A DNA stretch of 64,000 nt from assembly GCF_000372725.1 (NCBI RefSeq), contig NW_005201092.1, positions 532,564-596,563 of the forward strand. The letters are read 5' to 3'. Of the stretch, positions 35,121-46,508 are shown piece after piece. Within the stretch, counting starts at the first letter, position 1. Each line of letters opens with the position of its first letter. This DNA comes from Emiliania huxleyi CCMP1516 (Eukaryota). Position numbers and translations under genes: made by a program. The notes under the pieces are model-generated. The model was given only the letters and a program-made list of their open reading frames with translations. It was not told the DNA's origin and searched no databases.

Positions 35121-36149
35121 TTCTAAACCAAAAAATCAAAAAAGCGAGCACAAGTGCGTTACATGGGCATGGCCGGCGTTTCTGCACCGAACGATCTTAC
35201 TTTCGGTCTATCGAAAGTGTTGATCGATAAAATTCTTTTTTGGCTGTTTGGCGTGTGGTGTAACGTCTGTTTGTGCGGGGCGGTGAGCACTGGATAGGGT
35301 CGATTCCGCATGGTACGGGAGAACGGGACACGGGACCCCTCGATCGTCTCGCCCTCTCCCTTGCTGGTGTGTTCATGGGGGGGGTCATAACAAACACGGT
35401 ACAGGACACTGTGCCTAGTTTGCCTCCCTTTGCAGGAGAGGACGGGGCAAAGGACGACGCGGCTGTGTATGCCTCCCTGTTAGCGGACGCGTGGCTGTGT
35501 GTGTGTAGAGAGAGAGAGAGAGAGATCGAGTGTATGCCTCCCTGTAGGAAGCGGCGTGCGCGGCGCACAAAGTCAAAGTCGCTCCACAAAGAGGGGCCAA
35601 GCCTGCCTAGTATGAAGTATGAGGCCCTCGAGCTTGGATATCGGGCTTGCTACGAAGCTGCTCGATTGCATCTGGGGACGCCGCTCGCCGGTCACAGCAG
35701 GGCGGCGTTAGAAGGATTCATAGGTGAACTCGCAGCTCGCGGGGAGCGCGGACACCGGAAATTTTGTGAATGAACAGCGTCTAACCGAGAAAAAATCGGG
35801 GTCGACGTCACCGCTGACGTCACGCTGACCGCTCACGCTGACCGCTCACCTCTGTCCGATCCGTTCGTCCATATGCAGGTGGCACCGCTCCTCTCCTCCC
35901 CTGCGGTGCCCACCTTTTCAAAGTTCCGGGAGCCTCCCGCCGCGCTCTCCGAAGAGTGGCGCAGCTGGTCGACCGCGAACTCCGTGAGCCTCCCTTCGAC
36001 CGTCGGCCCCCGGACTCGACATTTTCGCGGCCTGCGCCGGAGAGTTGGCGGTCGTGCGCTGGGTGGTAATCGTCATCTGTCTGCTCTGCTGTGCTTCTCG
36101 CTCGTGCGTCCTTGCAACTTGTGCTGACCTCCTTTCACCTCCTGCTCTC

Positions 36150-36250
36150 CTATGCCACGTGGCTGTGTGGTGTGTGTGTGTTTGGGTTTCTATGTTTGCG
36201 ATTTGGATTTTGGATTTTCTGTTTATTTATTTATGCACTTTGTTTATTTA
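36150..36250. repeat. AT-rich dispersed repeat; inverted copy at about 54380-54462
   Basis: tatgccacgt...tgtttgggtttctatgtttgcgatttgga...tttatttat in both. Confidence 0.7.
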
Positions 36251-36880
36251 TTTATTTATGTCCATCCCGGGCTTGCAGATGCCCTAAAATTGCTCAAAAT
36301 GGACCCAAATCGCTTCAAATTCGCTTGGATCGCTTCAAAATCGCTCGGAATCCGCGAATAATTTGATTTCAGCCACCATCTAGGCGACCTTTGGGACAAA
36401 TGTCGCTTTTGGAGGTGAAAATCAGTGATCAATACCTCAATATGTTGTCAATAGTTAGAGGGGATGCTGTCAATAATCAATATCAATAGTTACAGGGGCG
36501 AGAATCAATCTTTCCCGTCGTCCTTATACTGGTTTCGTGTGCGTAACCTGGTGCGTAGACAGGCGCAGTTATACAGCAGATATGAAGGCCGGCCCTCACG
36601 CCCTGCCCCGCACTTACGCAGCATAAGTTTACCAATTCAAGCCCATCGACGACCGCGTTACGCATGACGTATCATGTATCCGCATACACACGTAGCTACC
36701 CCTTCCTGGCGCCACAGCCTGGAGGCGCTGACGTACTCTGGATACGCATTATGTTTCTGCACTCGCCAAAACGCCCGCGACGATTGCGTGGCCAATGATT
36801 TCAGGGGCCCACGCTGCCTTGTGATAATCCAAATCGAATCCCAATTGTCCAACTCGCAAAAATCTGCGTGCGTCCGCTGC

Positions 36881-37790
36881 ATGATGGCCCCGCTGCGGAC
36901 CGCGTCGTCAGAGCGCCTCGTGTTGATCCCGGCCACCCTCAAGAACAGCACGACTGGCTACAAGAACGTGAACTTCGACCGCCGCAATATGAAGTTCCAG
37001 GTGCATGTGCGGGATGGCGGCAAGCGTGTCCACCTCGGCTACTTCGACACCGCCGAAGAGGCGGCCATCGCCTACGCTCAGTCAGAGTGCGGCCGTGCCG
37101 ACGCCGCCAAGCTGCTGCAGCCCCGCCCCGCTCCCACTCCCGCTGGTGCCGAGGCGATACGGCAGGCGGAGAGGGAGGGCCTCACCCTCACCACCAACAG
37201 CAGCAGCAACAGCGGCTACAAAGGCGTCTGCTACAACCCGAAGCAGCGAGGCAGCAAGAATTCTTAAGATACAAGCCTCTCTCACAGCACACTGGCACGA
37301 CAAGGGCGCAGACTGGCGCGGACTGGTACACACACAGGCTCACCACCGGAGCCGCCTAAGCGACTCCGTTAAGAACGGCAATGCACTCCGCACCATGCAC
37401 AATGCCGCTCTCCCCGCACGCTAGCTCGAGGCAGCAAGAAGTACAAACTGGAGGTGAGTGAGGGAAGGCGGCAAGCAAGTCAGCCTCGGCCTCTTCGCCA
37501 CCGCCGAGGAGGCGGCTCTCTTCTACGCCCGCAGGGAGGCAGGCAAGGACACGCTCGCCAGCGATCTCACTGCGACGCCGCCGCCGCCGCCGCCGTCCTC
37601 AACCTCTGCGGAGCTGCCAGTGTACGAGCTCAGCATTCTGACGCCTGAGCAAATGGCCGCCAATACGACATATAGTCCACCGTCCAATTTGGACTATAGT
37701 CGAGCGCGTCGGAGAGGTGTTTGGAGACCAGCCCTAGCGGCAGCGCCAACTTATGGCAGCCCTAGCGGCAGCGCCAGTGCGCGCACATAA
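36881..37790 (+). pseudogene. Tandem AP2-domain protein disrupted by a retroelement insertion and a 4-nt duplication
   Basis: TGYKNV...RVHLGYFDTAEEAAIAYA; second domain SGYKGV...[insertion]...QVSLGLFATAEEAALFYA. Confidence 0.8.
37261..37426 (-). mobile_element. 5'-truncated non-LTR retroelement insertion with a 14-bp TSD
   Basis: cgaggcagcaagaa at 37247-37260 and 37427-37440; the insert matches 40529-40695. Confidence 0.9.
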
Positions 37791-37935
37791 AGGGGGTGGG
37801 GTGGGGTTGTTAGGGGTGGCTGTCGAGGGCTATGCCCGAGTCTGTTGTTACCAGCGCACATACAATCCTAGCCAGCTTATGGCAGCCCTAGCGGCAGCGC
37901 CAATTTATGGCAGCTCTAGCGCGGCAGCGCGAAGT

Positions 37936-38055
37936 TTTTAGGGTTAGGGGTAGGGGGGTTAGGGGTTAGGGGTTAGGGGTTAGGGGGTAGTGGGTGGGGG
38001 GTACAGGGGTGGGGGTTAGGAAGTAGCGGTTAGGGGTTATTTAGGGGTTAGGTGG
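37936..38055 (+). repeat. Degenerate interstitial telomere-like (TTAGGG/TTAGGGG) array
   Basis: ttagggttaggggtaggggggttaggggttagggggttaggggttaggggg...ttaggggttagg. Confidence 0.75.
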
Positions 38056-38059
38056 GGCG

Positions 38060-38475
38060 GATGCGTCAGACGTATGCGTAATACGTGAGGCGCAACCCGT
38101 GTTGGCCGCCACTTCTCAGTCAGATCCGTCGTGCGTGTGCGTAACAATACGTGGGACGTAAGCTCCCCCCGACACCCGTGGCGAGCGATGCATCAGACGT
38201 GTGCACAATACGTGAGGCGTAACCCTTGCTGGCCGCCACTTCTCAGTCAAATCCGTCGTGCGTGTGCGTAATACGTGCAACGTGGGACGTAAGCTCCCCC
38301 CGACACCCATGGCGCGAGCGATGCATCAGACGTGTGCGTAATACATGAGGCGTAACCCCCTCTCCGCCGCCGTTCACGGTCGAGAGCGTAGAGCATGTGC
38401 GTAATGCGTCGGTCATAGGCCCACCCAGCCCCGATTTACGATCCCACTGCGTCAGACGTGTGCGTAATACACCGT
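38060..38475. repeat. Tandem repeat (about 125-130 bp unit, about 2.5-3 copies) next to the telomere-like array
   Basis: gatgc(g/a)tcagacgtgtgcgtaatacgtgaggcgtaaccc...ggccgccacttctcagtca recurs at about 38060, 38187, 38320 and 38450. Confidence 0.85.
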
Positions 38476-38884
38476 GCGTAGCACCCCGAGAGAGCCTCTC
38501 TGGCAAAGCTTACATAAAACAGACGCATCAGCCATCACTGGAGCCGCCACCCGGCTTGACACGGCACCAAAAAATACACGACGTCTCAGCGACGTCCTAC
38601 GGACCGTGGGCATGGATGTGCATAAGGTGGCCAACAATTGCATTAGTGGCTCTTACATATCCATAGCGGGACTAATAACCTCCCACGAACCTACCCTACC
38701 TACCTAGTACCTACACCCCCACATCAGCCGGGACATCTACGCCAACGCATGCTGAGCTCTCACCGCGACGGGGCCCCGCTCTCGGCTCTCCCTCTCCACA
38801 TCCCTCCTCTTCTGAGCCGGGCAACCTAGCCTCTCCCTCTAACTGAGTCAACGTTCGCTGGTACAAGTCACGTCTGAGGTAGCA

Positions 38885-40462
38885 CTACGCTGCCGCCAAA
38901 CGGCTCGTAGTGCTCAGACTCGAACGTGCGCTGTGGCTGTGGCTCGGGCAGTACGGGCTGCGCCGAGAGGGCAGAGGAGCTCGCCACGAGGTCGCGCAGC
39001 TGCACGACCTGCGAGACGGCGTCGAGGAAGGGACGGTCCCCGGAGAGCCGGTCCGGCGCCTATCCACCACTCGGCCAGCCCATCTGAGCTCCTCCGCCGG
39101 GCGGGCCGGCGGGCCGGCGGGCCGGCGGGCCGGCGGGCCGGCGCCTGTTCAATCAGCCAGTCCGTCAACCAGCCGATGCGCCGACTCGTCGGGCGGGCGG
39201 AGCGGCGGGCCGGCGCCTTGAGGACGTCCTGCCGGAGGGAGGCGAGGAGGAGGGCGGGGCCCGGCCCGACACCCTCGCCCCTCGCGGAGGCGGCGGTCTC
39301 CATCTCGATCTCGATGCCGGCGACCATGTCGAGGAGGACCTGCCCGGGCGGGGGGGACGCGTCGCGGGGTGCGTCGCGGGGTGCGGAGCGGGCGGCCCGT
39401 GTGCCCCGCCCACGGCTGCCTTGAGGCGCAGCCCGACCCGCCCCTCCACCGACACGAGACCGACAGCCTGCGGAGCCATCGGGCGAGTGGAGGACGCGTC
39501 CCGCCCGCCCCCTCCGCACCGGCTCCAAGCCCGCCCACCCGCTGCAGCTCCTCGGCCGCCTAAGAGGAAGGCTCCAGGAAGGCTCCGCGAAGGCGTCACA
39601 CCCCGACCGCCTGCTCGACCGGCTCGGCCACCGCAGCACGCGCAGCGGCCACTTGCTCCGCCGCCGCCCACTCCGTTGCCGCCGCCCGGCTGGACGCGGC
39701 GGCTACCCGACCGCGGGCAGATGGGAGGAGTGAGAAGGGGGAGGAGCGAGACGGGGAGAGGTCCAGTGGAGAGTGAAGTGGTGTCTCGTGCACGGCTATG
39801 CGCCGCCGTCTTTACTGCGGCTATGCGCCGCCAAACACGCGTGTCTCGGGAGTGACCCGGTGCGTTCTGGGAAGAGTCACACACCGGCGATGTCGCGAAC
39901 GCTAGCCTCCGCCGCCTCCACCCGCCTGCGCGCAGCCTCCTCGGCGAGCGCCACCTGGAGAGCCGGCCGAAGGAGGAGTGACAGCTCGCGTGAGACGAGC
40001 GGCGAGCTGCGAGCGGCGAGGGCGCACCTCCCTCTCCGCAGCCCTCGCCTCGACCGCCGCCACCCGCTCTGCCGCCACGGCGGACGCGGCCTCCGCCGCC
40101 GCCGCCCGCTCGTCGGCGGCGGCCTGAATCGCAGCCAGCCGCCGCGCAAAGTCCATGCTCGCCGTCTCGAGCGCCGCCGCGTGCTGCGCCGCCACCTCCT
40201 CTGCTGCTGCGATTCGCTCGGCCGCACCCTTAGCCTCGACCTCCGCTGCGCGGTTGGCGAGCTTTGCGGCCACCTCCTCTGCCGCCGTCGCGCGCGCCGC
40301 ACAGTCCGCCTCGGCGGAGGCGATTCGACGAGCGGCGTCCTCCTGGGCCGCTGCCACTGCCTCGGCGGCCGCCTCGGACCTCGCAGCAGTTGTGGCGACG
40401 TTGAGGTTCAGCAGCCGGGCCGCCAGCCCGCCCGCCTGCTCATGGGTGTCACGCGGCGGCAT
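38885..40462 (-). CDS. Possible multi-exon Ala/Glu-rich coiled-coil protein (fragmentary)
   Basis: ORF 39902..40462 is heptad-like (AAEEVAAKLANRAAEVE); coding-like exons VALAEEAARRRVEAAEASVRDI and VLLDMVAGIEIEMETAAS follow AG sites. Confidence 0.35.
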
Positions 40463-40509
40463 TGCTCTCTCCGCGCGACAGGCGCTCGCGCTCGACTGTG
40501 GACTCGACC

Positions 40510-42477
40510 GTCCCTATCATTGAAAGAATTCTTAAGATACAAGCCTCTCTCACAGCACACTGGCACGACAAGGGCGCAGACTGGCGCGGACTGGCACACA
40601 CACAGGCTCACCACCGGAGCCGCCTAAGCGACTCCGTTAAGAACGGCAATGCACTCCGCACCGTGCACAATGCCGCTCTCCCCGCACGCTAGCTCGTTCA
40701 CCGTCTGCCACGCCACGGCGGTGTGGAGGACGACAGACAAGCGCTGCATCTGCAGCCCGTGCCAGTTCTTGGTGGTCCATGTGACCTCGTCCAGGTGCTG
40801 AGCGTGCGAAAGTTTATTGCTCAGCTGGTTCGCCGCCTCCCTCAGGGTGCTGCGAACCTCCTTTCCAAAGCCTCCGAAAGCCTCAAAATCAAACAAACGT
40901 ATATCGCAATCATGCTGCCGCGCAAAGGGGTAATCGCCAGGCTGCTCCGTGAGCTTTCCCTTGGGGGCATCCTCCTCCTCCCCCTCCTCCCCCTCCTCCT
41001 CGGCATTGAAAGAAGCAGACGGGTCGCGCCACACGCTCTCCGAATGGGATTTTCTGCCCTACCGCCTGTCGCGGCCCCGCCTGCCTCCCGGGGCCCGCCC
41101 GGCCGTGCCATCCGCCGCCGGACCGCCCGGCGGGTCCAACCCGAAGCGGGCGACCGACCGTTCGCACCGCTCGGCCGGCGGGGCGAGCCCCGCGGCCCTC
41201 GATCGCTCGCCCCGGGACGTGGCCCGACCGGCCCACGCGCACGTCCTGGCCTCTACCGCCGCTTTCGGCGGCGCAATTTGCGCCTTCATCGCTCTCTGGA
41301 TCCTCCTGGCACCCATCGGACTCTTCCCGACGGTCGGAGGCACCCACTCCGTGCACTTTGAGTCAGACTCGCTCTTCGGCAGGCACGCTCTTCGGCAAAA
41401 AGTCGCCGCCGGCCGTTCACGCCGAGCCAGCCAGTTGCCGGCTCGCACGGCAGCCTCTTCCTCTCGACCAGCCTCAACTTCGACACGGTCATCATTTTGT
41501 CGCTGCGTGCTCGTGGCGAGCCGGGCGGCGGTCAAAGTTTGCCCAGACGAGCGCCAGGCGATAGCAAGGTCTCTGTTCGCCCTGTGCATGTCAGGCCAGG
41601 CTGCAGCAGGGCACTACCATCGTGCTGCCCTGTTGCAGCCTGACTTTGCCCACTGTGCACAGTCGCCAGAGCACCACCACCGCCCGGCATCGTGTCACGG
41701 CGAGCTCCTTCTGCGCCCGCTCGCGAGGCTCTCGCGCTGGCACACTTTGGCCATCTGCTGCTCGCGTTCGGCGAGCTCATCTCCGCACTCCTGCCACGGT
41801 GCCGTCACCACACACCTTCTGGCCGGCCTGAGCCGCGCGGGGTCGCCAGCGGGGGCAACGCGTCGACCTCTCTCTCTGGTGCACCACGGGCCGCAACGGC
41901 CTGCTAGCAGCGTGCGCGAGGAGGCAGTGTGCCGGCACAGTCGAGCCGGAGCATCGGGTTCTTGATGCTTGTGGGGTCAAGTCTGACCTTATGCGGCCTA
42001 ATATGCAATAATAATGCTTGCTCTCACCCAGTCTTTTGAGATATTATCCCTCAAAGTCGAATTTTCGTTTACTGGTGACCATAGTAGTGTCTGTCTTGTT
42101 TGCGAGATCTTCAAACGAATCCTTTAAAGTCTCGACAATCACTAAGCTGCTTATGTGGCACCGCAGAGGCTCCCTTGGGGATGCCTGAGGCCACCCCAAC
42201 CACTCACTAGGCCGTACGTGGACGAATTGGCCGCTACTTTTTTCGTTTACCTACATTAAGGGAGTAAGCTGCTTATGGGGCACCGCTGCGACTCCCTTGG
42301 GGATGCCTGAGGCCACCCCAAGCACTCCCTAAGCCTTACGTGGACGATTTCAACCCTACTCTGTGTTTGTTCGTCCACGCACATTAGCAACTTTGTGCTC
42401 ATGTCAACGCCACGCCAGCGCTAGCCCATTCAACCCCGCCCCATTGGGGGCGGGGCCCGTCAAGGGCCTCACTCTAG
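40510..42477 (+). mobile_element. Non-autonomous Helitron-like element, copy 2, carrying a LINE insertion and an internal duplication of about 125 bp (about 42143 and 42266)
   Basis: Homologous to 29285-30636; ends with the hairpin ccccgccccattgggggcgggg ... CTAG (42474-42477) followed by T. Confidence 0.6.
40529..41003 (-). mobile_element. 5'-truncated non-LTR (RLE-type) retrotransposon with an 11-bp TSD
   Basis: cattgaaagaa at 40518-40528 and 41004-41014; encodes FDFEAFGGFG...QMQRLSVVLH; the empty site is preserved in copy 1 near 30615-30636. Confidence 0.9.
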
Positions 42478-42610
42478 TGGATGAAGCGTTTCTCTCTTGG
42501 CCGCTTTGTGTATCTCGAGACCTCGAGAGAAGGCCGCCCGCAGGCCGAGGGCCCAAGTCAAGAATTGGCTTTCGGTCGCGGGCAAGTTTCTCTCGAGGTC
42601 TCGCAATCAG

Positions 42611-43412
42611 GGTTCCGGCTCCTAGCCGGATAGGGGGTCTGTGGCCACTGGCTGGCCCCTCCCAGATAGGTAGGTAGGTTGGTCTTGTTTCGCCCAAAAG
42701 GGCCCTGCAATAGGTAACTACACTCTGTTTTCATCTTTTTTCGCTTCGCTGCGCGGCCTGGGGATGTAGGTAGGTACTGTGCCGTACCAAAGTCTGAACA
42801 GGTTGGAGCAGCAGCTCCTGACCACGGCGCCGCAGGCGCCTGTTGATAGGTCCAGGTGATAGCCCTGGATGGGCAATGCATACGCCTCACTGGGCCTCAG
42901 ATCCCCCGGGCCGCGTCCCGGTGCTCTGTGGTCGGATTTGTGACGCCGCCGCACCGCGCCGCGGCCGGGGGCCCTCCGGAGGCCAAGGATGGCCGTGCCG
43001 GACCGGGACGAGCTCTGGGAGGTTCAGTGTCAGTGTATATATTGTAGAGATCAACCATGTGCACCAATATCTCTCAGTCTAGCTAAGCCTGGGAAGGCGA
43101 TGCCGGGGCCGTACAGCAGCTTGATGGTGCTTCGCCGGCGTGCGTCCCGGAGCGGTGCCGGACGGGCGGTCCGGGGGAGGAAAATGGAGGACAACGCCGA
43201 CGGTGCTCTGATTCGACTTTTTACTTCAAACAAAGACAGTGGCACGCGCCGCACTGCGGCGCGTGCCACTGTCAGGAGCGGATCCGTCAGTTAGTTGTGT
43301 TCACGCCGGGATCGTGTCCTCCACAACCTGGGCAGACTTTAGCCAAGTACAGTAGGGCGTTTTGGCGCGAGTCAGTGGCCACAGACCCTCTATCCGGCTA
43401 GGAGCCGGAACC
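42611..43412. mobile_element. MITE (Tourist/Harbinger-like), 802 bp, about 40-bp TIRs, CAG TSD
   Basis: ggttccggctcctagccggatagggggtctgtggccactg at 42611-42650 and its near-perfect reverse complement at 43373-43412; cag at 42608-42610 and 43413-43415. Confidence 0.85.
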
Positions 43413-43583
43413 CAGGGTGGCCCCGTTTATCCCAACCCCTTATAGCAGTAGCAGCAGCAGCCCAAATGACGTGTGAGTGTTAGAGTTGCTGTCTGTCCTC
43501 CTCAATGTTGGAACCCCTTACGCACACACTCACCTTACGCACTCTTTACACAGGGGAGGCGAGGAGTGCGTTTTTCCGGACGA

Positions 43584-46508
43584 ATGATGCCATACGGCTG
43601 AAGTACCGAATCCAGGACACAGACGCCCGATCAAGTTGGAGGGCCGGCACGGTGCTCGAGTGGACCGCCGAGCGCTCGTCGATCGTGCCAATGTCGTCGT
43701 GACCTCTGTCGACCCGCAAACCGTGCTGTCGGTGGGTAACGGGCAGACTGCCTTCACCGCAGACGTGACCGGCCTGCAGACTCTCAACGCCACCTACCTC
43801 TCCCCGCCGCTGCTGACGCAGACGCACGCCGACTGGGGCTGGCACGTCACGCCGCCGCCGGCCGGCGTGGAGCCTCTCCGCTTCACCGAGGCGGAGATCT
43901 CTGCGCGCAACCACTCCGCCAGGTACCCCGTGCTGCAGCCAAAGCTGGCGGCCGAGACCGCCTGGCTGCGCGCCAACCCTCACCGCCTCTCGCTGCTCCG
44001 CCTCTTCCTCCGCCGCACCGACCCACGCCTGCCTCCGATCGCGCCGTCCGACCTGCGGTCGCCTCGCCAGACGCTCCACCTTTGGAACGGTACGCTGACC
44101 TCCTCGTTCGAGCTCGACGGCGCGCCCGTGTCGGTCGTCACCGCCGTCCACCCCTCCCTCGACGCCCTCGCCACGCGGGTCTGCTCCCCAGCGGTGCGGA
44201 CACGCCCTGGCCCTAGCCCGAGCCCTGACTCTGACTCCTTGGCCCTGGCCCTGGCCCTGACTCTGACTCCTTGACCCTGGCCCTGGCCCAGGTGCGGTCG
44301 CGCCGCCTCGGCCTCGGCCTCGCCTTCCCGTACGGATCGGAGGCCTTCCAGGGAGGGCTCGAGTGGGGCAAGGCCGACCGCCACGCCTCCACGCTCGTCA
44401 GCGGCGGGCGGCGGTGCGACGGCCGCCCGGTCCTCCTCCGCCGCCTCGACGCGACGACGCACTACGTCCACCTCGCTCTGGGCGGCGGGGGCTGCCCCCA
44501 CCTCGCCGCCGGCCGCGTGCCGCACGACTGGTCGATCGCCCGCGCGGAGGGGGGAGGCGTGGAGGGAGGCGTGGAGGGAGGCGCCTCGGGGGAGGGCAGT
44601 GCCTGCCTCGACGCCACGCTGTGGCTGTCGCCCGCGCGCGAGCAGGTCTCGCCGCCCTCGGCGGCGGAGGTGTTTGCGGCGGCGGCGGCGCACTGGCCAC
44701 GCGAGTGGTCGCGCGGCGCGGCGCTCGACTTGTCCGGCAGCGCGGCCAAGGGCGCCGCCGCCCTCGAGGCGCCTTGTCTCCGCACATTTCTTTTGCAGCG
44801 CGTGTTTCTTTTTCTGCAGGCGCCGCCGCGCTCGAGGCTCGAGTCGTGCGCTCACAGTACCTCTCGATGTCGCAGGAGGCGGGGAGCAGCCCGCCGCAGG
44901 AAGATGACCGCTCGTGCGACCTCGGGTGATCTCGGGCGATCTCGGGTGATCTCGAGGAGCAGTGCCGCCGCAGGAGACGGGGCTTGTCCTCAACTCGTGG
45001 TACGGCAAGTTCCACACCGAGATGCGGCGCGCCTCGCCCTCTTCTCTGCCCGCTCCCCGATGCCAGCTCCGCAACTGACCCCCCCCCCCCCTTCCTCCTC
45101 CCCAAAAAGATGGATGCACAGCGCCCACCACTTCCTCTGGGGCCGGCCCGACCTGGCGCTGCGCTGCGAGCCGTACTTCGAGCGCGTGAGGGCGCAGGCG
45201 CGGCGGCACACGCGCGTCGCGCAGCGCTATCGCGGCGTGCGGTGGCCAAAGATGGCGGGGCCACCGCAGCTGATGCCGGCGATCGGCGACGCCGTCGAGC
45301 CGGCGGGCGCGCCGCTCTTCGACGGCCCGGGCGGTGCGGGGCCGCTCATCGTGTGGGAGCAGGTGCATGCACACAGGGGGCCGAGGGGTTGCAGCACACT
45401 GCACGCTGTGGGGCTGCACGCGCACATGGACATGGCAGCACACGCACACGCACACGCACGCAAGCACGCACGCACGCATGGCAACACAGGCGAGTGGCTA
45501 GAACACTGACTCTGTGCAGGTGCACCCCATCGTGTTCGCCGAGCTCGCCTACCGCTCCGCGCCGGACGCGGCCACGGTCGAGCGGCACAACCGGACATGT
45601 CCAGGACACGTCCATGACATGTGCGAGGCATGTCCTGTAGGCCACGGTCGAGCGGCACAACCGGACGGTGCACAACAGCGCCGATTTCATGGCCGATTTT
45701 GTGTTGGCGCCCCTCCCTCCCTCCGAGCCGCACGCCTGCCTGCCGCTCGGTCCGCCGCTGTGGACAGCCGAGGTCGAGTCCAGGACACGTCGAGGACATG
45801 TCCGAGACATGTCCCGTAGGTCCGCCGCTGTGGACAGCCGAGGTCGAGTCGAACGAAGGGCGGCCGGCGAGCGACGCAACCTCCCAGAACCCCACCTTTG
45901 AGCTCGTCTACTGGCGCTTTGGCCTCACGCTGGCGGCGCGGTGGCGGAGGCGGCTCGGACTGCCGCCCGTGCTTGCGTGGCAGGAGGTCCTTGCGCGGCT
46001 GTGCAAGCCGACGGCGCGGCCGCTGCGTGGCGTGCCAGGGGCGCCGCCAGGCTACCGCCCCTACGAGCGCTCCAGCGACGCCGCCCTGATTTCGAACGGT
46101 GTCGCGCCGCAGCTCTTCGCCGCTGCCTTCGCACCGGGCGAGAGGCTCGGCGCCGACGCCGCCGCGCTCCGCAACACGCTCGGCGCCACCATCGCGGCCT
46201 TGCTGCGCAACTTGCCTTGGGGCTCCGACGCCGCGATGTACGCGATGGCTGCGGCGCGGCTCGGCAACGCCTCGCTCGCCGCCTCGATCCTCGCCGATCC
46301 GGACGGCTTGTGGACGCGCCGGTTTGCGCCGAGCGGGCACTACGCCAACGCCTTCTTGCCGGTCTACCTGCCGGCGAACGGCGCGCTCCTCGCCGCCGTC
46401 GCCTTCATGGCGGGCGGGTGGGACGGCGACGGCGGCCGCCCCGCGCCCGGATTTCCGCGTGACGGGTCGTGGACCGTGCGTGCGGAGGGGTTCTCCAAGT
46501 ATTTCTGA
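43584..46508 (+). CDS. Six-hairpin glycosidase-like protein (family often annotated GH65-like in bacteria and fungi); multi-exon, start uncertain
   Basis: DRRALVDR...LSVGNGQTAFTADVTGLQT, WLRANPHRLSL, NSWYGKFHTEM, GVRWPKM, IVWEQVHPI, NPTFELVYWRFGL, YLPANGALLAAVAFMAGGWDG...PGFPRDGSWTVRAEG. Confidence 0.8.

Noticed and set aside
29724..41965. ORFs 29724..30638 and 40949..41965 as a duplicated gene
   Set aside because: They lie in the Helitron-like repeat, differ by indels and have no protein motif; treated as non-coding.
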